Part shown: positions 49,315-59,865 of the stretch, piece after piece
Layout: every line of letters begins with the position of its first letter
How positions within the stretch are numbered: position 1 is the stretch's first letter
DNA from: Okamejei kenojei
Lineage: Eukaryota
Length of the DNA stretch: 64,000 nucleotides
Direction of reading: 5' to 3'
Assembly (NCBI GenBank): GCA_035221665.1
Contig: JAVHYY010000823.1
Location: 62,001 to 126,000 of the forward strand
The notes under the pieces: model-generated
What the model saw: only the letters and a program-made list of their open reading frames with translations
What the model was told of the DNA's origin: nothing
The model's database searches: none
Made by a program: the position numbers and the translations under genes

Positions 49315-51372
49315 AGCTGGTGTCCCTACTTATGTGCATACACCAGAGCACAATAAAAATGCTCCGGGTGTTCCCGATGTAGCACCAAGTTTTGCTATAT
49401 CGGTATGGACTGGTGAGGCTATGGATGAACCTGACGGCCAACATTATTTGGTTTCTCACCTACTCCAAGAAGCTGTTATGACTGAAACAGTAAAAAACAT
49501 ATAAAACACCCGTTTATTGTGCCTCGCTCAGGGTGCCAACAGTAACTCAGTAATTGGGCACCCATGAGTGTAACGATGCAAGGACAGGAAATGTGTTCCA
49601 GCATGTCCTCTAGCTGATATTCAGTTGGCATCACTGCATTTGGGGAAGACACATGGGTCGATAATGTCCAATACTTTTAAGACATGCTTGTGTTACTCTG
49701 CAATGCATATTCAAACCCAATTGTATGATGAAAATTGCCATTTGGCTAACATTATACCCATAAAATGCAGAATTATGTGGGAAAGCTATAACCAGATTTA
49801 TGATTGATGAAAAACTGCCCAAACAATTAAGGATATTTGCCTTATAAAACTTCTCATCCCTGCTTTGAGAAAACAAACAGGTTGAATATGAACCCCTATA
49901 TTAAGAGAAGGAAATCTTCTGGTTCATTTACGGAAGTACAGAAACTTCATTCTATCACACATGGAATTTCTGGGAAACAACCTCTGGTAGGTTGTAAGAT
50001 TACAATTGTTTTGTAATTCTGCATTAAATCTGATCGGCTTGGTGTTTGAATGTACCAGGAACTCATCAGGTAGAGATAATATATCCCAGACACGAGTATG
50101 GGGGTTGCAGAGTCATTCTGGGACTCACAAACTTAAATTTATAGTTCAGTATAGGCATTTTAAAAAAAGTACACTTCAACACTGTAACAAAGTTGTTATC
50201 ACAAGGCTGCTATATGCCTATTATTAGACCTAAAAAAGATGCCTTATTATTCAGGTACTTAAATTAATTGAATGGGTCAGCTGAAGGAATTACCTAATGG
50301 GTTAAATTCATCCCTCAGATTGCTCACACAATTATTGAAACCAGCATTGGTGTTAATGAGGGCTCAGAATCACATTGTAATGACTTATCTATAGGGTATG
50401 TTAATTGTAAATGGGAGACAGCTGAAGAACTGGGTTCAGCAACCATAAGCCTATTGAAAGGCTAAGGTTCTGTACATCCAAACAACATGTTAGTTACAGG
50501 CATCCCAAACAATTGATTATTTGGGGTTTGTCATTAATACAGTTGATATGTCAGTAACTTTACCAACAATTAAGGTTGGCGATGTTACAAATGCCTGTAC
50601 TTATCTTGGTAAAAAACATTATCCCACCATCCAAGAAGTATCTACGGTTACTGTTAAAGTGATAGTGGTAAAGTGATCAAAGTCTGCAAAGACCATAGAA
50701 TAAGCATAAAAAGCGTGCAGGTCATTGATTAGGTCCATGCAGTTACCAACTAAAAAGGTTGAGCTGAATTGCAATGATGGATTCTCAATGTTGCACAAGT
50801 TACTAGAAGTAAAAATGTGCTTGTTCAGCAGTCTTCAGTGGTATTACAGACTGATGGGAGTGCTCTCAGATGGGGAGCCAAGGACAACGACACCAGTTGT
50901 GGTGGTCGATGGACTGTCCAAGACGATTTAATTCTCCAAACACATGGTATGAATTATTTGGAGTTATTGGGGGCGTTTTATGCATTGATAGCCGTTTGTT
51001 CTACAATAAAGAACATACATGTTCAATTACGAGTAGACAATACCACAGCTGTGAGAGAAGACAATATTGTGGTAAGACAACAGATCACGAATGTTCAATG
51101 ACAATACAGAATGAATGTTAAAATTCAAAAAGTTTAAAAAACATTGTCAGACAGTATGAGTACCAAATGTTGATCTGTTGTGTCTGGATTAAATCTCCAG
51201 TGGTCTAAATGTGTCTCATGGGAGCCAGACCCAGGATCATTAGCGGTGGATGCATTCTCGCTACATTGGGGAAGTATAGTCTTTTATGTTTTCGCCATTT
51301 TGCCTGATTAGGCAATGTTTCACCAAAATAGAGCAAGTCTCCGCCGCAGGCATTTGGTGGTTCCAAATCGGT

Positions 51373-51459
51373 ATTGCTTCTCGGCCTTTTGGCTAAGATC
51401 AAGTGTAGTATCTGTTCTTATCAGTTCAATATCTGATACGTCCCTTATCTAGGGACCAT
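51373..51459 (+). pseudogene. U2: 3'-truncated U2 snRNA pseudogene (first ~87 nt)
   Basis: ATTGCTTCTCGGCCTTTTGGCTAAGATCAAGTGTAGTATCTGTTCTTATCAGTTCAATATCTGATACGTCCCTTATCTAGGGACCAT matches the vertebrate U2 5' end, including the branch-point recognition sequence GTAGTA (51405-51410) and stems I, IIa and IIb. The Sm site and stems III/IV are absent. Confidence 0.93.
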
Positions 51460-54400
51460 TACTACACAGCCATTGTTCCCATTGGTACTCAGAATAATGA
51501 TTCAGACATTCATGACAAATCCCAGGTGCAGTAATTGTTGGTACATCCAGTAACAGCAGAAGTCATCCATTGCATGACCGTATTAATTGTTAAACTGCAG
51601 GTTCTGATGGAATGTCGGATAGGACCATGGATGTCATAACTGCAGCTTGGAGATATAGCACTAAGAAACAATATATGTTTTATATAAGGAATGGGAAATC
51701 TTTTGTATACAGTCAGATATATTTTATCATACTGCAAACATATCGGATGTATTGGAGTTCCTTGCTATGTTGCACCTGAGTTATAGTACCATTAATGGAG
51801 CTCGGAGTGCTTTGTCCTCCTATTTCGAACAATTTTCAGAATGACAATTTATCGGGTCTTATTCGTTAATATCCCGATTTATGAGAGGAATTTTAATAAA
51901 ATCCTACCAAACCCAGATATACAGAAATCTGGGATGTCAGTACAGTTCTCACATTGTTTTGGCAATGGACTCCCATTACGTCACTGTCTTTTCAGAAGTT
52001 AATATTTAAAGTGGCTATGCTGATGACATTAATATCAGCACAATGAGTACAAACATTACAAATGTTGCGGTTACATTGTATGCAGTTGTCTGTAGATAAA
52101 ATGACGTTTTATGTCAATGATCTAAGCAAACAAAGCAAGCCAAGAAAGGTTGGAACCAATGTCATCTTTAAGACATACTCTGTCAACTAAACATTGTGTG
52201 TGGTTAAGCATCTGATTTAATATATATTGAATTAAGAGTCTCCGAGATTGTGAGACACCAATGTTCATTACCTACAAGAAACATATAAAAAAGGGACAGT
52301 ACATACTATTTCTAGATGGATAAACAGGTTCTGGATTAACTGGAGTAGACACTGATGTGTTTAAATCTCACTCCACAAGGGCGGTATCAATGTCCGCGGC
52401 AAAGGTGCAGGACATGCCGCTCGACCAAATTCTGGAGACCGCAGGGTGGTCTAAAGAGGAACTTTTCTAGATTTTATGATAAACCTGTTGTCACAGTGCC
52501 AGGGTTGCACATGCTGTGTTGGGTTCTGTTCAAATTGTTTGCTTTGTTGCATATCATTTGTTGTAATTTCCCCCGGGATAGAGGGGTTATTACTTTTCTT
52601 TTTATTATTATTATTAAAATATTTATTGCATAATTTCAAGCAATATATATTATTTACTCACTACTGTGTAAACTCAAGCAGTGTGTCATATGGAATGATC
52701 TACGGCATGAAAATCACAGAGCTTCAAAATCTTCACGTAGTCACTCACGTGACTCCGAAGTAAAATAGTAAGATTAAACGAGAACTTACCAGTTTGAAGT
52801 TTGATCGTTATTTTATGAGGAGTTACGATGAGGGATTATGTGCCTCCATTCCTAACCCTCGTAATATAAATGATCATCTGGTAGTTCTAGTCTATGTAAG
52901 CCTTACTATCTTACTCCGGCTATTGGTTCTGTGTTTTTCACGCCGCTGCTTTGAAGTATGCCGAGCATGCGCCAGGCGGGGTCTTCTTCACGTAATCCCT
53001 CATTGTAACTCCTCATCAAAATAACGATCAAACTTCAAACTGGTATGTTCTCGTTTAATCTTACTGTTAACCAATAAACCTGTACATTGTTGGATTGTGG
53101 GAGGACAACGATATTCCGGAGAAAAACCACGTTTGGGGAGAATGTACAAATTCCGTACAGACAGCACTCCTGGTCAGGATTGAACCTGGGTCTCTGGTGC
53201 TGTAAGACAGCAACTCTACCGCTGTGCCACCCTGCCGCTTCTCTTTTTGTTTCTCCATTGTACTGGAGGCTTGAGTTTGTCTGTGGTACATGATGTAGAA
53301 TCAGTAGGCTAAACCTAGTATTCTGATGGTCTGAATTACCAAGGTTGCCCTAGCTGGTGATTTCGTAGTGAGTGTGATCCCAGAAAGCTCCCGGCTCCTT
53401 TGCACTTTGTGGCTTGGCATCACTGTGGTGGCAAGAGCCTATTTCCCCAGGGCTTGGCTGTGATTTTACTTGCCGTGCAGAGTTCACAAACTGTCCAAAC
53501 AAGGAAGGACTGATGCTGGGTAATGCACAATAGGGTGCATAGTGCCGGTGTAACTCATCAGGTCAGGCAGCATCTCTGGAAGACATGGATAGGTGACGTT
53601 TTGGGTCGAGACCCACCTGTGCCCTGCGCAACTGTTATCTCAGACCACATTGCCAATGTAGCATTTGCTTTCCTTGTTGTCATAACTCTTCCTTTTTGCT
53701 TACTTTCCAGAATTGAGTCACTGTTCACTTGATTTAAATAGTCTCCGTGGAAACTAAAACTGAAAAAAGTATGAGAGAAGATATTCTTCCCACGCTTACT
53801 TTCATTGATAATTTGGATAAACAGGGAAAGGAGTTGTTAATGAGTCAGACAGTGAAAGGTGAGGAAGCCAAAGCAAGGGCGGGATCCCAGTTGCATGTTA
53901 TCCAGTGAGAACATGAATATGAACCACTTTATCTCCTGAGTATTAGCCGCCCTGCACGACGTGCGGTTGTACCAATTTTAAGGTACACCCAGTATCACGT
54001 AATCCTTTGGTGAGTCAGTCATTTTAAATTTGAATTTTCAATAAGGAATCAGAATATTCCTTGGATTTCATGTCATTGCATGCCCAACAAAATCAAATCT
54101 TCTCACTGGCAGCTTCCCACCAGCCACCCTGCTCACCTCACCCTGCTGTACCAATCCCTCGCACACAATCAAGTTCACCAACCCAGGCTACGCTCATCCA
54201 ATATCCCACTCCAAACCTAGATCGTTCAATACAAATGCTTTCCCAGATTCAAAGCCATGGATGCATTACTTACAACATCCCCCTCCACATCCCATCTCCA
54301 TTCCTCCAATGGCCCTTTTCTCAGATATGACTTGCCTATCCAACCTCCAATTAGCATCCCTGGGCAGCAATTGGCAACCTCAAGCCTTAACCTGAACTAC

Positions 54401-55006
54401 TGTGCAAGCTCACCACGACCTCTAATCCAGCTCTTGCCTGTTATTTTTATCGATTCACTCTGCAATTTTACAGCCTGAGGGCTGAATACCTTAACTATCT
54501 CCAATGGTCTTAGCCATTTCTCTGCATCTTCTTGCAACAACTCGACAACAACGAGATTTCTCCATTCTCTCATTTCTTCCCTTTGTTTCGTTTAGTTTGT
54601 TGTCACATGTACCAAGCTTTTTTTGATGCATGCTATTTCAGTCAGCGGAAGGACTGTACATGATTACAATCAAGCTGTTCACAGTGTGCAGGTACAGGAT
54701 AAAGGGAATAACAGTTGGTGCAAGATAAGGTCCAGTAAAGTACTATTAAAGATACTGAGGGTTTTCAATGAGGTAGATGGTAGGTCAGGACCGCTCACTC
54801 GATGGTGATAGGATGTTTCAGTTGCCAAATAACAGCAGGGAACCTTTTGTGCTGTAATTCCTTGATGTCAACAGAAAATCGTAAAAACTACAAATGTTTG
54901 AAATCTGAATTAAAAACTGTAAATGCTAGTAATACAAAGCAGGTCAGTCAGCTTTTGTGCAAAGAGAAATAGAATTGATGTTTTAAACTGAACAAATGGG
55001 GAAATT

Positions 55007-55860
55007 CTATGAGAATGCAGGGTGAATTGGACAGGTTGGGGGAGTGGGCAGATGCATGGCAGATTAAGTTTAATGCGGATAAGTGTGAGGTTATCCACTT
55101 TGGTATAAAAAAACAGGAAGGCAGATTACTATCTAAACGGCGTCAAGTTGGGAAATGGGGAAGTACAACGGGATCTGGGGGTCCTTGTTCATCAGCCTAT
55201 GAAAGTAAGCATGCAGGTACAGCAGGCAGTGAAGAAAGCGAATGGCATGTTGGCCTTTACAACAAGAGGAATTGAGTATAGGAGCAAAGAGGTCCTTCTG
55301 CGGTTGTACAGGGCCCTAGTGAGACCACACCTAGAGTATTGTGTGCAGCTTTGGTCCCCTAATTTGAGGAAGGACAATCTTGCTATTGAGGGAGTGCAGC
55401 ATAGGTTTACAAGGTTAATTCCCAGGATGGCAGGACTGTCATATGTTGAGAGAATGGAGCAGCTGGGCTTGTACACTGGAGTTTAGAAGGGTGAGAAGGT
55501 ATCTCATTGCAACATTGTTAAGGGTTTGGACACGCTAGAGGCAGAAAACATGTTCACGATGTTGGGGGAGTCCAGAACCAGGAACCACAGTTTAAGAATA
55601 CGGGGTAAGCCATTTAGAACGGAGACGAGAAAACACTTTTTCTCACAGAGAGTTGTGAGTCTGTGGAATTCTCTGTCCCAGAGGGCGTTGGAGGCCGATT
55701 CTCTGGATACTTTCAAGAGAGAGCTAGATAGCAGTCAGGGGAGCAGGCAAGAATGGGGTTACTGATTGGGGATGATCAGCCATGATCACATTGAATGCCG
55801 GTGCTGGCTCGAAGGGACAAATGGCCTACTCCTGCACCTATTGTCTATTGTCTATTGTCT
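55007..55860 (+). mobile_element. CR1/HER1 3' fragment
   Basis: LDRLGEWADAWQIKFNADKC, LYRALVRPHLEYCVQLWSP, RNHSLRIRG; (CTATTGT)n tail. Confidence 0.92.
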
Positions 55861-55934
55861 AAATGGGAAAGAGAGAAAACATATTAGTTTTAAGTTGCAA
55901 ATGTTTGTGGGGATGGTTCGATAGAATGAAGGGG

Positions 55935-56912
55935 ATAGAAACATAGAAACATAGAAAATAGGTGCAAGTGGAGGCCATTCGGCCCTTCGAGCCAGCACCG
56001 CCATTCATTGTGATCATGGCTGATCGTCCGCTATCAATAACCCGTGCCTGCCTTCTCCCCATATCCCTTGACTCCACTAGCCCCTAGAGCTCTATCTAAC
56101 TCTCTCTTAAATCCATCCAATGATTTGGCCTCCACTGCCCTCTGTGGCAGGGAATTCCATAAATTCACAACTCTCTGGGTGAAAAAGTTTTTTCTCACCT
56201 CAGTCTTAAATTACCTCCCCTTCATTCTAAGACTGTGGCCCCCTGGTTCTGGACTCACCCAACATTGGGAACATTTTTCCTGCATCTAGCTTGTCTAGGC
56301 CTTTTATAATTTTATATGTTTCTATAAGATCCCCCTCATCCTTCTAAACTCCAGTGAATACAAGCTTAGTCTTTTCAATCTTTCCTCATATGACAGTCCC
56401 GCCATCCCAGGGATCAATCTCGTGAACCTACGCAGCACTGCCTCAATCACAAGGATGTCCTTCCTCAAATTAGGAGGCCAAAACTACACAATACTCCAGA
56501 TGTGGTCTCACCAGAGTCCTATACAACTGCAGAAGAACCTTTCTACTCCTATACTGAAATCCTCTTGTTATGAAGGCCAACATTCCATTAGCTTTCTTCA
56601 CTGCCTGCTGTACCTGCACGTCAACTTTCAGTGACCGGTGTAGAAGGACTCCCAGGTCTCGCTGCACGTCCCCCTTACCTAACCTAACCCCATTGAGATA
56701 GCCTGCCCCCTTGTTTTTGCCGCCAAAGTGGATAACCTCACATTTATTTATATTATATTGTATCTGCCACGCATCTGCCCACTCACTCAACCTGTCCAGG
56801 TCACCCTGCAACCTCCTACTATCCTCTTCACAGTTCACATTGCCACCCAGCTTTGTGTCATCCGCAAACCTGCTTGTGTTGCTCCTAATTCCCTCTTCCA
56901 AATCATTAATAT
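55935..56912 (-). mobile_element. CR1/HER1 3' fragment, tail-to-tail with 55007-55860
   Basis: SRFADDTKLGG, LYRTLVRPHLEYCV; (TTTCTATG)n tail seen as ATAGAAACATAGAAACATAGAAA. Confidence 0.92.
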
Positions 56913-57275
56913 GCCCTGATAGGATGAGTTCATGGTTGACAAGTTGACAGAACTGTTTGAATTATAGCTTTCATGAGAGTTAATAGAGAGACAAAATAAA
57001 TTCAGTTTGTATTGTGGAAGGATAGCCTTGAAGCAGAACTGACCTCAACCAATATAAGCAGGAAAATAGAGTAATTGTACAGCCAATTTGAAGCTCGGGC
57101 TCATTCCTGTGGACTGCACAGAGGCTGAGCCGCGGCTTCCTGTTGCCTGTTACCTTTTCATCCCATTCCCACTCTCATCAAGTTTTGTATAGTCTCCTAC
57201 ATGGGTACAAAGGAACCCATGTAGAAACAGTACCCCATCTTCCGTCTGGACATGTCGCAGACTTTGGGACTCTAA

Positions 57276-58776
57276 ACCCCTGTCTCACAGTGCGAGTTGG
57301 CCCACGAGTGACCCCGAGTTTTCACTCGTGGTGGTCACGTACGATGAACGTAGCGGCAACGTCGGAACTCGCGCGTTCAACTTGTCCACTCGTGGCGCTA
57401 ACGGCAGGTACTCGGGAAACTTGTTAACTCGTGAAAAAAATCAAACATGTTTGATTTTTTCCATGAGTCAAATTAACTGTTCAAGTTAAAAATGGAGACA
57501 TTTAAACTTGTTGCAGTAACGTAATGGCCCGTGCGTTTACCTTAGTGTCTCGTGAGTCTATCGTGGGAACTTTTTTATAATCTGAAAGGGACTGAACCAA
57601 AGTAGTATAATATGTATATACATATTATATATATTATATATATTTCAATTCCAACCCCAAAGCAATTGAGAGGCGATTTCTTGGGGCCGTGTAATTTAAC
57701 GTGTGTCTTTGCTTTTAAAAGTGAAGCTGTTTAATTGTTTACGCTGCGCTGTGTTTCGTGTTGGGGAGAGTGCTGCTGTTACAATGCTTTCGATTCTATA
57801 CTGCCCTCCCCCTTCCACAGAAAAATGCCTAAATTTGTCTTTGTGCCCGCTCTCCTGGGAGCAATCCAAACCAGGGGAACAATGAACCCTCAGAGGCTTC
57901 GCGTTCCTTGCTCCTATATATGGACCTCGCTCGCTCGCAACTGTATGAGCGCTCGATCAACCAGACATCGGCCAACACAGAGGCCTGATTACTGAAAACA
58001 AAGTCAACTTGTACCAGACCTCATCATCTTCCTTCCGACAACCCGTAACCACGGCACCACACTTTCAACAGAAAACTTAATATTTAAAGAATATATTATG
58101 GGACATTGGATTGTCTGAAGAAGGGNNNNNNNNNNNNNNNNNNNNNNNNNNNNNNNNNNNNNNNNNNNNNNNNNNNNNNNNNNNNNNNNNNNNNNNNNNN
58201 NNNNNNNNNNNNNNNNNNNNNNNNNNNNNNNNNNNNNNNNNNNNNNNNNNNNNNNNNNNNNNNNNNNNNNNNNNNNNNNNNNNNNNNNNNNNNNNNNNNN
58301 NNNNNNNNNNNNNNNNNNNNNNNNNNNNNNNNNNNNNNNNNNNNNNNNNNNNNNNNNNNNNNNNNNNNNNNNNNNNNNNNNNNNNNNNNNNNNNNNNNNN
58401 NNNNNNNNNNNNNNNNNNNNNNNNNNNNNNNNNNNNNNNNNNNNNNNNNNNNNNNNNNNNNNNNNNNNNNNNNNNNNNCAGCTGCTCAAAGTCAGTCACC
58501 CGAGCTGCTTCCTTCCTCTGAAGTGNNNNNNNNNNNNNNNNNNNNNNNNNNNNNNNNNNNNNNNNNNNNNNNNNNNNNNNNNNNNNNNNNNNNNNNNNNN
58601 NNNNNNNNNNNNNNNNNNNNNNNNNNNNNNNNNNNNNNNNNNNNNNNNNNNNNNNNNNNNNNNNNNNNNNNNNNNNNNNNNNNNNNNNNNNNNNNNNNNN
58701 NNNNNNNNCCGCTCAAAATCAGTCACCCGAGCTGCTTCCTTCCTCTGAAGTGGTGGCCAGCTGCTGTCTGTGTGTA

Positions 58777-58807
<31 letters not shown>

Positions 58808-59107
58808 CTGTGTGTGTGTCTGCTGTCGGGTCCCGGCGGCCGCTCAAAGTCACCCGAGCTGCTTCCTTCCTCTGAANNNNNNNNNNNNNNNNNNNNNNNN
58901 NNNNNNNNNNNNNNNNNNNNNNNNNNNNNNNNNNNNNNNNNNNNNNNNNNNNNNNNNNNNNNNNNNNNNNNNNNNNNNNNNNNNNNNNNNNNNNNNNNNN
59001 NNNNNNNNNNNNNNNNNNNNNNNNCGGCCGTTCAAAGTCACCCGAGCTGCTTCCTTCCTCTGAAGTGGCGGCCAGTCCTGCTGTCTGTGTGTATCTCTCT
59101 CTCTCTC

Positions 59108-59171
<64 letters not shown>

Positions 59172-59865
59172 TGCTGTCGGGTCCCGGCGGCCGCTCAATG
59201 TCAGTCACCCGAGCTGCTTCCTTCCTCGGAAGTGGCTGCCAGTTCTGCTGTCCGTGCCCGGAGCGTTGCGGCAGCCACCCAAGCTAATTCACTCCCCGGC
59301 CACAAGAAAACCATATAGCAATGACAGCACGGAAACAGGCCATCTCTGCCCTTTTACTCCGTGCTGAACACTACTCACCTAGTCCCGTCTACCTGCACTC
59401 AGACCGGAGCGTGGCAAGTGGGTTACTGACCCCAATCCCCCTTCACAACGCCAGACTCCCCAAATACTATGAACTGAGCTCTCCCCCCACCCCGGGAAAG
59501 ACAGTATTTAAAAACATAAAACAACAAGAAATGCACTTACCACGTTATTGGTTACTGGAGGATGCGCATTTTCCCTTTGTAGGTCATATCAATAGATGCG
59601 GCCGCGCTGAAATAACTCAAAGCCACAGGATGGAGATGTATTTTAACATTGTTGCTTTATTAAAACATACCTTCATTCACGGTTGGCTCAAGAGTAACGG
59701 GAGAGGAACTTGGTAACTCGGGAGAGGAAGTTGGAGCATGGCAGCAATGACATACCCGTGGGAACTCGGTTAAACACTTGATCATAAACTTGAAGTCTCG
59801 TACACAGCCACGAGTCTTTCACTCGGGGTACCTCGTGGGTCAACTCGCACCGTGAGACAGGGCCA
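57276..59865. mobile_element. ~2.6 kb non-autonomous PIF/Harbinger-like TIR element inserted in a Penelope endonuclease remnant
   Basis: TIRs CCCTGTCTCACAGTGCGAGTTGGCCCACGAG and CTCGTGGGTCAACTCGCACCGTGAGACAGGG; TAA on both sides (57273-57275, 59866-59868). The flanks rejoin as ...CATCTTCCGTCTGGACAT...GGACTC-TAA-GTAGATTTCACC, resembling the PLE EN C-terminus IFRLG..QP.GLN.DF. Confidence 0.75.
58479..59235. repeat. Compound minisatellite with embedded (CT)n/(GT)n, interspersed with N runs (58126-58478, 58526-58708, 58877-59024)
   Basis: GTCACCCGAGCTGCTTCCTTCCTCTGAAGTG recurs at ~58495, 58722, 58848, 59037 and 59204. Confidence 0.85.

Larger units (their letters stand above)
47230..53068 (+). 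mobile_element. Full-length, heavily decayed DIRS1-like retrotransposon (copy B, AT-rich subfamily)
   Basis: 5' TTTACTTCGGAGTCACGTGAGTGACTACGTGAAGAAGAC; right ITR ~52955-53065; ICR ~52732-52841. Protein remnants: RNase H VVLQTDGSALRWGA (50817..51101), MT VDLLCLD/WEPDPGSLAVDAF, YR FKSHSTRAVS...AGWS...FYDKP (~52360-52486). Confidence 0.9.
47105..53238 (-). mobile_element. HE1-like SINE split by DIRS copy B (47105-47230 and 53067-53238)
   Basis: The SINE motif AAGCCAATTAACC, intact at 21196 and 23351, is broken as AAGCCAATT|DIRS|AACCAATAAACCTGTAC. Confidence 0.85.

Noticed and set aside
51373-51459. Functional U2 snRNA gene
   Set aside because: Lacks the Sm site and 3' half, and is flanked by DIRS coding remnants rather than snRNA promoter or 3' box sequence.
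58004-59367. Long ORFs containing X runs or CV repeats
   Set aside because: Artefacts of N runs and (GT)n/(CT)n microsatellites.
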